Under the pieces are notes generated by a model. The model saw nothing but the letters and a program-made list of their open reading frames with translations, was not told the DNA's origin and ran no database searches. A stretch of 64,000 nt of DNA, from assembly GCA_002104905.1 (NCBI GenBank), contig MCFE01000206.1:65813-129812 (forward strand). Reading direction: 5' to 3'. This document shows, in pieces, positions 41,015 to 53,063 of the stretch (position 1 is the first letter of the stretch; each line of letters opens with the position of its first letter). The DNA is from Basidiobolus meristosporus CBS 931.73. Taxonomy: Eukaryota > Fungi > Basidiobolomycota. A program made the position numbers and the translations under genes.

Positions 41015-44000
41015 TGAAGACTAGCAGACAATGAAAATCAAGAGGCAGGAAATCCGGGAAGGATTGTAGATACTGAAGGATACGAAAATGTCGTCAGGTG
41101 CAGTCTACAGCTCAGTATTATAGACAAATTCCAAGCGCTACTGGTGGAATTTGCACAGGTCACCTGGAAAAATAGGCCAGCAGTAGGATGCCGATATCAG
41201 ATAAATAAAGTGATAAAAATAATCCTAGATGTAAAACTAGAGTTTGTTGGTTAGAGGTTCGAAAAAATGTAGCACAGTTGTCCTAGATATAGAAATAGAG
41301 TACCTGACGCAGGCTGGGGATTCTAACCGACACTCGTCAATTGCGGCCCCGTTCTGTACTAATCGATCGAACCAGTTAACTGATTCTTAGACCGCCATCA
41401 TCCATGTTTCGATCCCTCACCCGGTATGTTCATCCACCGATAATTGCGGCGATTGCCCCATCTCCCAACAGTTGATTAATCGTTTGATGTTTCATGCCTA
41501 AATGCCAAGAAGTCCAGTAGTGGATCCGCATATTACCGCAATGGGCACGATCTACCGAATTTTAACGCTGCTGCATCGTGATCTCAATTTTTTGTTTCTA
41601 ATGGTAGCGCAGCAATACCCCTTAGCTTGGCAACAAATCTCGTCTGATTCCATGTTTTTGCCAATTTCAAGTCAGGCGTACTACCACACAGTCATCTCGG
41701 ATATTTCTACCCATGATGCCGAATGCATTCTCCCACGCAAGAGTGTGAACGATTATGCGGCCAATTCTAGACTGGCTATATATACGGCTAGGCTCAATGA
41801 ATATCCCGCATCTATGTGAAAGTATATCGCTGTTCAATATCAATGAGCTCTCAGAAGGCCAAACAATCCACTGATGTGGTAAAGGACGTATCATCCAGCA
41901 CTGAAGACATTTGGTACAGTGAATCTAGTTTCAAACACTGATCAACGTTGGAGGGCTCTCTTGAGGGCGGATTTAGAGAATTTTATCTAGATATATCCAA
42001 TAGTGAATGGCCTAAAAGGTTAGATAGATACTGACTGGTATGCTCTGTACTAGATGGCTATATATATTCTTGCCAAATCCATGAGCTTTTTGTGAGTTTA
42101 CGCAGCAGCAATCCTTTCGAGCATTCCAAACTATGCGACTTCTATGTTTACTGTGCAGAAATACAAAGCTCTTAGCATATTAGCCACGCACCTAATTATC
42201 CACCACATTACCCTTGAGATTGCTTTGAAACTTGGCTTTGAGGTCCAAGAGTAGAAGACAAGGGGAGACAAAGGGTGTATTTGCCTAGAGAGTGTACTTC
42301 ATTGGAAGTGAAATAATATTTATATTGGCCAAACCAGTTTTTAGTACTAGTATTTACATTGCAGTATGATTTCTCTTGATTATGAATCCCTTTAAGGCAA
42401 ATTGGATTTCTGCTGGTATTATACTGGTATTTTTTTAAAGTTACAACTTTCAGTACCAGAAGTTCTAGCCTCTGTGTGGACAAGTAGACATATGTCCTAG
42501 AAAGTATTGTGTCCCAGTAATCCTCATACCAAAGATGGTAATGGCCAGCTCACTGGCTCTGGAGATACACTTGAAAATTTGACTGAAAAATATCAGCAGA
42601 ATACCATGTGAGATCCAAGTTTTTTTCACAGGGATTGGTAGCTTAGCCTGCTCTTAAAAAAACCAAAGTGCTAGAGTTCTGTGAGTTGATTAATTAAAAT
42701 AGAAATTCGAGTGAAGGCTACTGAATACTAAATATCAGTTTTCTGGTCTTGCAGGCTCTATTTGTTGATTAATTAGGTAGAAGAAATATTTACACCTTGA
42801 AGATATTCCCAGGCCTTCCAGAAGACGGATCAATGGGTGATGTAACAAAGTTTTGTCAATTTCATGCAACAATTCGAAACAAATATTTTCTAAGCGTGGC
42901 TAATCATCATGTTGTGCACTCTAAACTCATCCGTAGTTGGATTTTAATATCGAGTCAACAGCTATCCAATAAAAATCTTTGAATCTTAGGGTAATTTTAG
43001 AGTTGCATTTGTGCTTGTTTAATTCCAACAATCGTTCATGTGGCTCACTATAAAGAGCGAGGCCACCTTTGTGGTGATCTTAAATTTCAAGAGGGAATGA
43101 AAACTCGTTTACACCAACATCCCCTGAGGGTAAACATTGGCGCACTTTTCCTAATGCCTAGGGTTCAATTACTCATACGATTCCTATAGCCATGTGATAT
43201 TTAGCCCTCAAAGTTATTTTATATAAAGGTTCAGAAGCCTAATCTAGTTACAAATATTTTGCAGAAAACACCATAGTGTAACAAATGATAAGAGCCTTTT
43301 CTGATGATACATTCAATGACTTGACGTATTATCCATTGTTCGCACCACACACCATGGCCCCCTTTTTTATTATGTTGAAGTTCAGGGCGGCCTGGTAAAT
43401 GAGGTATAGAAAAACAGTAGAGTATATCGAAAGTACAGAAGCAACTTACCCGTTGTTTGTAATATTGATCGAAAAGAAGCAATGCTCATAGATGCTCTTT
43501 TCTCAGCACATTCAGCATATTTGGCTTAGTATTCCTGCTATGACTTAGTTGCCCATATCTCTGATATCCAACCAATTGAGTCAATCCCAGAGTACTAGAT
43601 TCACTGTTCAACCAAGAGAGCAAATAGTAGCAAGTCTTTTCGAAAGGAGACTACCATTAATTATCCATGAGTCATGCTATTTCGAACCTAATTTTCCAAA
43701 GATATTAATAGAAGTGTCCCAGGCGATTCGGTCATTCTGGGAGGAAGAAACACCAGCATCCTTGTCATCCTTTCCAGAAATGGAATTGGGCAATGCCATA
43801 CTGGTCCGATTACCATGGGACTTTATATACCCGCATGACAATCTACATGGCCCTACCTACCAGCAGAATACCATTTCTACCATTTTCATCGTTAGTGTGC
43901 GTAAAAAGTTTACTTAGCAAGCGATTAAAGCCGTGGCTCTCCAGGGCGCTGGTACCTGGCCACAGCAAAGTATTACTTGTCAGTAAGGTACACTAGAGAA

Positions 44001-44612
44001 TCCATCTTTTGGATGATATCAGGTACTAAGAGTAGAGCATACGACCTTGTAGTGTGACTTATCATCACTGGTTGTAATTTTTATGACAAACGTGTCTGAA
44101 GAGGGTTGAAATCGTAAGTAGTCTACCTAATAAAGAAAGCGGAGTACTAACATGACAGCGGCATGATTATTTCAATACGAACAAACCAAATCTCATAGAT
44201 GAACTGATAAGTTTCTGAGATATTAGAGTTTGAAGAGCGGAAAAACAATATAGCAGCTCTACGCACTGAAGAGTTAAGAGGATGTGATTGGCTTGAAGAG
44301 AAAGCCAATTCTATTGATCTGTCACTGAGTACAAAGGAATTTCTGTCACAAATACTACGGAATAGGAGTAGTGCCTGCCTTACCTGAAATAGCTCGATGT
44401 CGATAGTATGGGAATCCATGGATCCTATCTGAAGTTAAAGCTCACGTCGATAAACATTGGAGAAAGGTATAAATATGAGGTGATGCAGTGAGAGGCTCCT
44501 CATACTAATGGAAAAAGTCTATTCCCCTCAAGTATTCTCAACCCTACCAAGCGATAACTGTTCTGGTGAAACCACTTCTGGCTAATTCAACCGCATACCG
44601 AAACTATGAAAA

Positions 44613-47345
44613 ATGTCTTCCAAGTCTAAGAATGACATCATCCTTGTCCCCGAAGGCTACGCTATGGCCGACTCCATCCTGGGGGAGCTTGCTTGTTACT
44701 CTGTTCAGCCACTTGCATGGAGTGACATTGAGTTTCTGCAGACGAAATATGGGAAAAATACTGTGGCGGAAAAAAAGCCAGTTCGATGGTACGCTATAGT
44801 CTTTCATGCCTTGATACACCCTTTCAATATTCTTCTGGCCATCCTGGCCATTTTCTCCGGGGCTACTGGAGAGATCGATACCACAATCATCATGATTGTG
44901 ATGGTTGCATTGAGCGTTATCCTTCGCTCTGTCCAGGAATTCAAGTCGGAGGTGGCTGCTCAGAGTTTGAAGGAGTTGGTGAATAACAAATGTACCGTTA
45001 TCCGCAAATATGCCGCCCCCGATACAAGAGATCCTCTACATGAAGACTTACTCAAAATTGAGCGCGGTGAGGTTGCTGAGTACGAAATCCCGTTTGAGGA
45101 TATTGTTCCTGGAGATTGCATCAAGTTAAGGGCTGGTGACCTGGTCCCGGCTGATTTGCAGTTGATCTTATCCAAGGATCTTTTCATCTCGCAAGCATCG
45201 TTGACTGGAGAGGCAATGCCAGTAGAGAAATCCTCATCCGGCTTTATCCTCCCAACAAACCCGAGCACCCCTACTGACTCTGGCGAAGATATCTATGGCT
45301 TGTCACGGCCCGATATGTGTTTCATGGGGACCAGTGTGGTCAGTGGAACTGCCACTGGCATAGTGAAAACCATTGGGACCAACACGGTGTTTGGAGCAAT
45401 GGCGAAGCAGTTGATTGCACAGCGTCCAATTAATGCCTTTCAGAAAGGGATTCGAAGGATCAGTTACCTGTTTATTGGGATCATGCTCATTATGCTACCA
45501 TTGGTCTTTGTCATATCAGGGATTACTAGCCATGATTGGTTGCAAGCAGCCCTCTTTGCTGCATCAGTTGCAGTTGGACTGACACCAGAAATGCTACCAA
45601 TGATTGTCAATGCAAACCTGGCCCGAGGAGCATTAGTTCTGTCGAAGAAGAAGTGCATAGTCAAGAAGTTGGATTCCATTGTCAATATGGGCAGCATTGA
45701 TGTGCTTTGTACTGATAAAACTGGCACATTGACGGAGGACAAGGTCTCGCTTGTGAAGCATCTAAATAGCAGTGGCCAACCCTCACTTTTCCCTCTGGAA
45801 CTCGCATTCCTCAATTCAAACTTCCAAACCGGCCTGAAGAACTTGTTGGATTTTGCCGTCATCGAATACTACAATAAGAAGCCTAGTCTCTCATTGGGCG
45901 AGTATTCCAAAGTGGATGAGATTCCGTTCGATTTCGTTCGACGCAAGATGTCCGTAGTGATTAGAGACCGGTCCAACATGGATCATCTGTTGATTACGAA
46001 AGGTGCAGTTGATGAGATGCTGGCTTCATGCTCCCGGATCTTTGTGGGGAGCCAAACCAACTCTGACGAAGCAAGAGGTGGTATCGCTTTACCCACGGAT
46101 AGCATCATTGACCTCACTGACGACCATCGGAGCGAGTTGCAGGCTTTGAATCATGAGCTGAACGATGATGGTCTTCGTGTGATAGCCGTTGCCTACCGTG
46201 TTCTGGACAGGGATTATAAGGACCTCACTACTGCCCAAGAAACAAAGATGGTATTTGCAGGATATATTGCCTTCCTCGATCCGCCCAAGCCAAGCACTGC
46301 CGTTGCGATCCGCGAGCTGCGTGATTATGGGGTGACAATTAAAGTTTTGACGGGGGATGCCGCTGCCGTTTGCCGCAAGGTTTGCCAAGAGATTCAACTT
46401 CCAGTCAACTCTATTGTGACCACGACTGATCTTGAGGATGTCAGCGAGGAACGTTTCACCGAAATTGTAGAAGAGGGAACAATTTTCGCAAAGCTCACAC
46501 CGATTCAGAAGGCTCAGGTAATCCGAGCGCTAAAGAAGAAAGGTCATGTTGTGGGGTTCCTGGGTGATGGTATCAACGATGCACCTGCTTTGAGGGAGAG
46601 TGATTGTGGGATATCGGTTGATACCGGAACCGACATTGCAAAGGAATCCGCAGATATCATTTTGTTGGAGAAGAATTTGATGGTCTTGGTTGACGGAGTA
46701 ATCCGAGGACGTATCACTTACGGGAACACTATCAAGTACATCAAGATGGCTATTTCATCGAACTTTGGCAACGTGTTCAGCATGTTGGTGGCATCTATCT
46801 GGCTTCCATTTCTACCAATGCTTCCGATCCAGGTGCTAGTGCAAAACCTACTCTATGATATCTCCCAGATTGCTATCCCATGGGACAGGATGGATCAGGA
46901 TTTCTTGAACACTCCGAAATCATGGTCAGCCAAAGGGATTATTCGGTTCATGGTCTTCATTGGGCCTATTTCATCGATCTTTGATGTTACAACCTTCATT
47001 TACATGTGGTTTTATTTTGGTTGCACCACCCCGGATGATCAAGCCCTCTTCCAATCTGGTTGGTTTGTGATAGGCCTACTCACGCAGACCCTGATTGTAC
47101 ACATGATTCGAACTCCGCTGATTCCATTCATTCAGAGTCGTGCCTCACTCCCACTACTTTTATCCACATTTGCTGTTATGGTCATTGGGTTCATTATTCC
47201 ATTTACTCCCCTGAAAGAGGCACTTTCCATGGTAACGCTGCCAGGAATGTACTATCCTTACTTGTTTTCGGCACTACTTGCTTATTGCTTGCTCACCCAA
47301 CTCATCAAAGCTATATATATTTGGTACTTCCGGACTTGGTTGTAA
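44613..47345 (+). CDS. mgtA: Mg2+-importing P-type ATPase (P3B, MgtA/MgtB-like), intronless
   Basis: 910-aa uninterrupted ORF; NKCTVIR, GDLVPAD, LTGEAMPVEK, VGLTPEMLPMIV, DKTGTLT, PFDFVRRKMSV, GDGINDAPAL, SSNFGNVFS, NLLYDISQ, FQSGWF..GLLTQTLIVHMIRT..IPFIQSRAS. Confidence 0.92.
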   Translation: MSSKSKNDIILVPEGYAMADSILGELACYSVQPLAWSDIEFLQTKYGKNTVAEKKPVRWYAIVFHALIHPFNILLAILAIFSGATGEIDTTIIMIVMVALSVILRSVQEFKSEVAAQSLKELVNNKCTVIRKYAAPDTRDPLHEDLLKIERGEVAEYEIPFEDIVPGDCIKLRAGDLVPADLQLILSKDLFISQASLTGEAMPVEKSSSGFILPTNPSTPTDSGEDIYGLSRPDMCFMGTSVVSGTATGIVKTIGTNTVFGAMAKQLIAQRPINAFQKGIRRISYLFIGIMLIMLPLVFVISGITSHDWLQAALFAASVAVGLTPEMLPMIVNANLARGALVLSKKKCIVKKLDSIVNMGSIDVLCTDKTGTLTEDKVSLVKHLNSSGQPSLFPLELAFLNSNFQTGLKNLLDFAVIEYYNKKPSLSLGEYSKVDEIPFDFVRRKMSVVIRDRSNMDHLLITKGAVDEMLASCSRIFVGSQTNSDEARGGIALPTDSIIDLTDDHRSELQALNHELNDDGLRVIAVAYRVLDRDYKDLTTAQETKMVFAGYIAFLDPPKPSTAVAIRELRDYGVTIKVLTGDAAAVCRKVCQEIQLPVNSIVTTTDLEDVSEERFTEIVEEGTIFAKLTPIQKAQVIRALKKKGHVVGFLGDGINDAPALRESDCGISVDTGTDIAKESADIILLEKNLMVLVDGVIRGRITYGNTIKYIKMAISSNFGNVFSMLVASIWLPFLPMLPIQVLVQNLLYDISQIAIPWDRMDQDFLNTPKSWSAKGIIRFMVFIGPISSIFDVTTFIYMWFYFGCTTPDDQALFQSGWFVIGLLTQTLIVHMIRTPLIPFIQSRASLPLLLSTFAVMVIGFIIPFTPLKEALSMVTLPGMYYPYLFSALLAYCLLTQLIKAIYIWYFRTWL

Positions 47346-47669
47346 TAATAAGTGAAACTAATCCCTGATAAAGTTGATTTGCTCCAATTGGTGGTCTATT
47401 CAAGAGGTCTTGGGCTAATCTTTTGCTGGGAAATTAGTATGCTTAAACTATATGACTTTAAAACAAGAAAACAGACCATCTTTACGGGAAAATGGATGTG
47501 CTAGATTACGGTTATCCAAAGTGTCAGGTAGCTGAATAGTCACCGGATTAATTCACTTCTTCAATTTATAATTCAGTAATAAGGTATACTCATATCTAAT
47601 GAGCTTTTAGACTATACCAACCTCTATGCAGCAAAGGGGCAATTACCAATGTTTAGGTTTAAACATTTC

Positions 47670-47928
47670 TTAGGGGGTGGCTATCACCAACAGGTGAAAT
47701 CCTTATTCCAATACCTTAAAATATAGAAGCCAAGTGCTACATGGATAGCTTTTCACAAGTGGATACAGGGAAGGGTCATTTTGCAGAAGCTTATAAGAAA
47801 GGTCTCCAAGTTTAAGAGGAGTAAAAGCACAGTTAAGTGGTACTGCAGGAATAACTAGAGGAAGTAGTGGCTTACCAGCAATTACAACTCAGTTAGTCAA
47901 GTAAAGATTGGAGTATGGTGTTTGAGGG
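47670..47928 (-). mobile_element. LINE unit 1 (lineage C), 3' fragment
   Basis: TTAGGGGG junction, then hairpin TCACC-AACA-GGTGA (47684-47697); minus frame PLLPLVIPAVPLNCAFTPLKLGDLSYKLLQNDPSLYPLVKS aligns by eye with the lineage-B C-terminus. Confidence 0.75.
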
Positions 47929-48237
47929 TGTTGTAGCAGTCTTGGAATTCTTGGAAGTGATTTGGAGAGCAAGCAGATTATGTAGCATCTGCTTAATGAT
48001 TTATTGAATGTAAAGTAGTATTTATACTTTTACATGGTCTTGGCATAACAAACAAGTAGAATAGGTTAAGGAAGGTCCCAAGAACATGTGCACAAAGTCT
48101 GGGGCTGTTTGGACAATTTATCTAATTTTCATGTTCTGGGTAAATATTCTCAGTAAATCCCAACAAGGAATTTGGTCGGTATTGTCTAGGATTTGAAGGT
48201 AATGATCTCAGTGACCAAGTTAGGTAAATATTTAGGT
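47929..48237 (-). repeat. Diverged, inverted, 5'-truncated LTR of the adjacent Copia family
   Basis: Reverse complement of LTR 48385-48733 (e.g. GAATAGGTTAAGGAAGGTCCCAAGAACATGTG, AGTAAATCCCAACAAGGAATTTGGTC); stops at AATATTTAGGT, about 20 nt short of the LTR start. Confidence 0.85.
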
Positions 48238-48733
48238 AGGGAGAGGGAAAGTCACCAACTTGGTGAAATCATTATTTGAGTCAAGAACTAATCTAACTAC
48301 AAATAAAGAAGCCAATTAAGAGGTCTGGAGCCTTTCTAACAAGTAATCTAATTTACATTTTGTTTCATCTCTAATGTTTGTTTCTGTTGTAAAAATTCGT
48401 AATTCCACCTAAATATTCACCTAACTTAGTCACTTAGATCATTACCCTTAAATCCTAGAGAATACTGACCAAATTCCTTGTTGGGATTTACTTAGAGTAT
48501 TTTCACCAAAATACCAGGTACCCTGAACATGAAAATTCTCAAAGTTGTCCAAACAGCCCCAAACCTTGCACACATGTTCTTGGGACCTTCCTTAGCCTAT
48601 TCTACGTGCTTGTAATGCCAAGACTAGGTAAAAGTATAATTACTACTTTTACATTCAATAAATCATTAAGTGAAAACCACATAATCTACTTGTTCTCCCA
48701 ATCACTTCCAATATCTCCAAGACTCTTAAAACA

Positions 48734-48745
48734 GGTTATGAGCCC
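48734..48745 (+). promoter_or_regulatory. Primer-binding site GGTTATGAGCCC (Ty5/copia-type, internal to initiator tRNA-Met)
   Basis: Immediately follows the 5' LTR; reverse complement GGGCUCAUAACC is the anticodon stem-loop of yeast initiator tRNA-Met. Confidence 0.85.
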
Positions 48746-48764
48746 CAAGCTGTCACTCTCTGCA

Positions 48765-51700
48765 ATGTCTACTACTGCTCTTACTGGAATTTTTCCCTCT
48801 GCTGAAAAGTTGGATGGATCTAACTACCATATGTGGAAGGTGAAGATGAAGATGCTGCTACAAGAAAGAGGCCTTTGGGATATTGTCATGGGAGAAGAAT
48901 GCCCTCCTAAAAATGTGGGAGAGGAAGCCTTAAAGTACCAGAAGAAAGAACAAAGTGCCTTTTGTTGTAAAAGTTCATAATTCCACCTAAATATTCACCT
49001 AACTTAGTCACTTAGATCATTACCCTTAAATGCTAGAGAATACTGACCAAATTCCTTGTTGGGATTTACTTAGAGTATTTTCACCAAAATACCAGGTACC
49101 CTGAACATGAAAATTCTCAAAGTTGTCCAAACAGCCCCAAATCTTGCACACATGTTCTTGGGACCTTCCTTAACCAATTCTACATGTTTGTAATGCCAAG
49201 ACCAGGTAAAAGTATAAATACTACTTTTACATTCAATTAATCATTAAGTGAAAACCACATAATCTACTTGTTCTCCCAATCACTTCCAATATCTCCAAGA
49301 CTCTTACAACACCTTTAACTGCATTTGCCTTGATGTTAAGGGCAAATTGCTAATTCAATGCTCAAGAGCAAAAACGGCAAAGAATGCCTTGAAAGCATTA
49401 GAAGACACCTACCAGTCATGTTCAGCTGCTAAGAAAATGTATCTGAGACAAAAATTCTTTACTACAAAGATGCTACCAGGAGAAGAAATGAAAAATCTAA
49501 TAAACAGAATTACCCTGCTGGTAGATGAGATGGAATCTGTGGGTGTACCAACTACTGATGAGGATGTGATAGTTACCATCCTGAATAGCCTGACAGACAA
49601 GTTTCAAGGCCTTGTATCAGCCGTAGAGTCCAGAACTGAAGATTTGACCTTAAATTACGTATATGGAAGGCTCCTGGATGAAGAATTAAGAAAATCAAGC
49701 GCCAATAAGAAGGAAGAAGAAAATGCTTTAATAAGCAATGATAACCAACAAAGGAGATACCCAAGACCCTACAAAGGCAACAGCAACCTGTTTTGTAACT
49801 ACTGCAAAAGGAAAGGACACACATCAGACTGGTGTCTCAAAAAGAAATATAATCAGCAAAAGAAGCCTGAATATGGAAATGCTGCAACAACTGAAGATAG
49901 ACTATTCATATCTGCACTAAATATGACCACAAACAAGGATTCTCAGACGTGGTATATTGACTCTGGAGCTTCTCAACACTTTACACACCAAAATGAACTT
50001 TTTACCAAATATCAAGAATTTCCAATTAAGTAGGTTTTCATGCGTGACAATAGAACACTTGATGCAGTGGGAGAAGGAACTATCCAAGTAAACCTTAGAA
50101 GCAGTGAAGGAAGCCATACACCGACCTTTAAAGAAGTATTCTATGTACCAGAAATAGCCAAGAACCTACTCTCTGTAAGCAAGGCCACAGCAGAAGGACT
50201 CAGTTTCAGTTTTGGCAATTCTGGATGCAGGATCACTGATCAAAATGGTGCCCATATTGCTTTGGGCATCAGAGATCAGAATCTATACAAGTTGACTTAT
50301 ATTCCATCATATTTGGAAGCCAATATAAGTAACTTAAATGAAGAAACACCAATGCTATGGCACAGGAGATTTGGACACATCAATTTTGATTATTTGCGTA
50401 AAATGATCAAAGATCAGCTAATTTCTGGAGTGAAAATTGATACCCCAGCTAATTTGGAGCACTGTGATGCCTGCATATATGGGAAACAAGTCAGACTACC
50501 ATTCAAGAGCTCTGGGTTAATCAAAACTAAGAAAAAATTAGATTCAATTCACTCAGATCTGCATGGACCTATGCAAAATTTATCCTTAGGCTGGATGAAG
50601 TATTTAATCACTTTTATTGATGATTATACAAGATACACATGGGTCTACTTCATGGAGAGAAAGGAAGAAGCTCTGTCTAAGTTCAGGGAGTTTAGAGCCA
50701 TAGTGGAGAGAGAAACTGGTGAAAAAATCAAGAAAATACGTTCTAACAATGGTGGAGAATATACCTCAAAACTCTTCATCCACTTCTGCAAAATTCATGG
50801 GATAAAGCAAGAGACTACTGTACCATACTCCCCACAGCAAAATAGAGTAGCAGAACAAGCTAACAGATCAATAACTGATATGGCCAGATCTATGATCCAT
50901 GATCAAAAATTACCCTATGATTATTAGGCGCAATCAGTTGCCACTGCTGTATACCTTAAAAATAGGAGTTATAACAGAATACTTTGTGATTCTACTCCAT
51001 TTGAAGCATGGTATGGATACAGACCAAGTGCAGAACATCTAAGAATATTTGGGTGTACAGCATATGTCAAAAAACTGGCCAGAAATCAGTCAAAATTTGA
51101 GCCAAAAAGTGTAAAATGCATATTTTTGGGATACTGCAATGAGAGTATGGCATACAGACTCTACAATACCAAAGCAAAGAAGCTTGTCAAGTCCAGGGAT
51201 GTGTTGTTTGATGAAAATTCAAAATTTTCACAAAAAATGACATCAGATGATGATGAAAATTTGATCTCAAGTCCACCAATTGTCAGGATTGAATCAGAGC
51301 AAAACAATGAAAATTTTTTCACTCCAGAGGACTCTACAACCATGGTTCAGCCAGAATCAGTGCCCAGGAATATCCCAGAAGTGATCATTCCAGTATCAAA
51401 TGCCCGGAGATCCAAACAGACAAGAAATAGCCCAAATTACTATATCATTGAGAGTACAAACTTAGCCTATGCCTATTCAGTCCATATTGATGAGCCCCAG
51501 ACTGTTAAAGAGGCCCTAAATAGCCCTCAGACAAAGTTTTGGAGATCTGCAATGACTGAGGAATATCAGGCCCTAATGGAAAATCAAACTTGGGACTTGG
51601 TCAAATAACCAATCAAACAAAAATCAATTGGATGCAGATGGGTCTTCAAGACAAAATACAAGGCTGATGGTACTATTGAAAGATGCAAAGCAAGACTTGT

Positions 51701-53063
51701 AGCCAAAGGATACTCTCAAACAAAAGGACTTGACTACACTGAGACCTTTGCACCAGTAGCCAAGTTTAATTCCATCAGATTAATATTGGCTAATGCAGCA
51801 AAATATAAGTTTTTTATTCACCAAATGGATGTAAAAACCGCATTTTTGAATGAACAACTTGATGAGGACATGTATATGGACCAGCCTGATGGGTTTGCTG
51901 ACCAAGATAACCCCAATTTGGTCTGCAAGCTTAAAAAGTCACTATATGGTCTCAAACAATCACCAAGAGCCTGGAATTGCAAGATAGATTCTTACTTGGA
52001 ATCTTTGAGTTTGAAAAGAAGTAATGCTGATTATAGTATATACTATAAGCCAGATAGAGCAAATCCAGTTCTATTAGCTCTATATGTGGATGATCTTATT
52101 ATAGCCGCCAATAACCTAGAAACATTGGAAGAGACTATATCCAGCCTATCTAAGGAGTTCAAGATGTCCAATCTAGGAGAACTTAGTTACTACTTAGGGA
52201 TTAAGTTCTCCATAGACAGAAGTACCCAGACTATTACCCTAAGCCAATCCAAGTATATTCAAGATATACTAAAGAAGTACAAAATGGAAGACTGTAAACC
52301 GGCAGCTACCCCAATGGAGACACACCTTAACTTGGTCAAAACTCAGCCAAATCAAGAGAGCTTGGTGCCATCTGAAAGCCCTGACTTTCCTTATCAATCT
52401 ATGATTGGCAGTCTGATGTATATCATGCTTGGAACACGTCCAGATATCTCATATTCAGTGGGAGTTGTCAGCCAACATAATCAGAACTATGGATCTGATG
52501 ATATTGCAGCAGTTAAGCGGATTTTTAGATACCTAAAAGGAACTGCTGATATCTGCTTAAGATTCACTTATAATGATTCAGAACAGGATCTTGTGGGATA
52601 CTCTGATGCTGATTGGGGACAAAATCTAGAAGACAGAAGATCCACCACAGGATACACCTTTCTTTACTATAAAGGAGCAATTTCATGGAATTCAAGAAAG
52701 CAACCAACCGTAGCACTTTCCACCACAGAGGCAGAGTATATGGCAGCCTGTGAAGCTACAAAAGAAGCAATGTGGTTAAGAAAGCCTGTTACAGATTTAT
52801 GCCTATGTCAAAAAATGCTTATTACTTTATTTCAAGATAATCAAGGATGTATACAATTAGGTAGAAATCCAACTTTTCATGCTAGAACCAAGCACATAGA
52901 TATTAGACATCATTTCATACATGAAGTTATAGAGAATAACTTAGTTAGCTTAGTTTACTGTCCTACAGATGAAATGATTGCAGACATATTTACCAAACCA
53001 TTAGCTAGAGACAAGTTTGAATATCTTAGGTCAAAATTAGGACTAGTCAGTATGAACATGTAG
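48765..53063 (+). pseudogene. Copia gag-pol pseudogene
   Basis: EKLDGSNYHMWK; CNYCKRKGHTSDWC; WYIDSGASQH; WHRRFGH..CDAC; HSDLHGP..IDDYTR..RSNNGGEY (catalytic D changed to N); LYVDDLII; YSDADW; in-frame stops at ~50033, ~50927, ~51608 and a solo LTR in gag. Confidence 0.92.
48963..49311 (+). repeat. Solo LTR of the same Copia family nested in gag
   Basis: 349-bp TG...CA copy flanked by perfect TSD CCTTT (48958-48962 and 49312-49316); removing it restores the frame QSAF-NCICLDVKGKLLIQC. Confidence 0.95.

Noticed and set aside
44786-47368. Overlapping and antisense ORFs inside the P-ATPase; likewise those inside the P450, F-box, ABCA and retroelement genes
   Set aside because: Shadow frames of strong coding sequences
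48606-48980. ORF starting inside the LTR; also short ORFs 56541-56768, 61761-61946 and 53345-53788
   Set aside because: They begin in LTR sequence or span LTR/LINE junctions and are not independent genes
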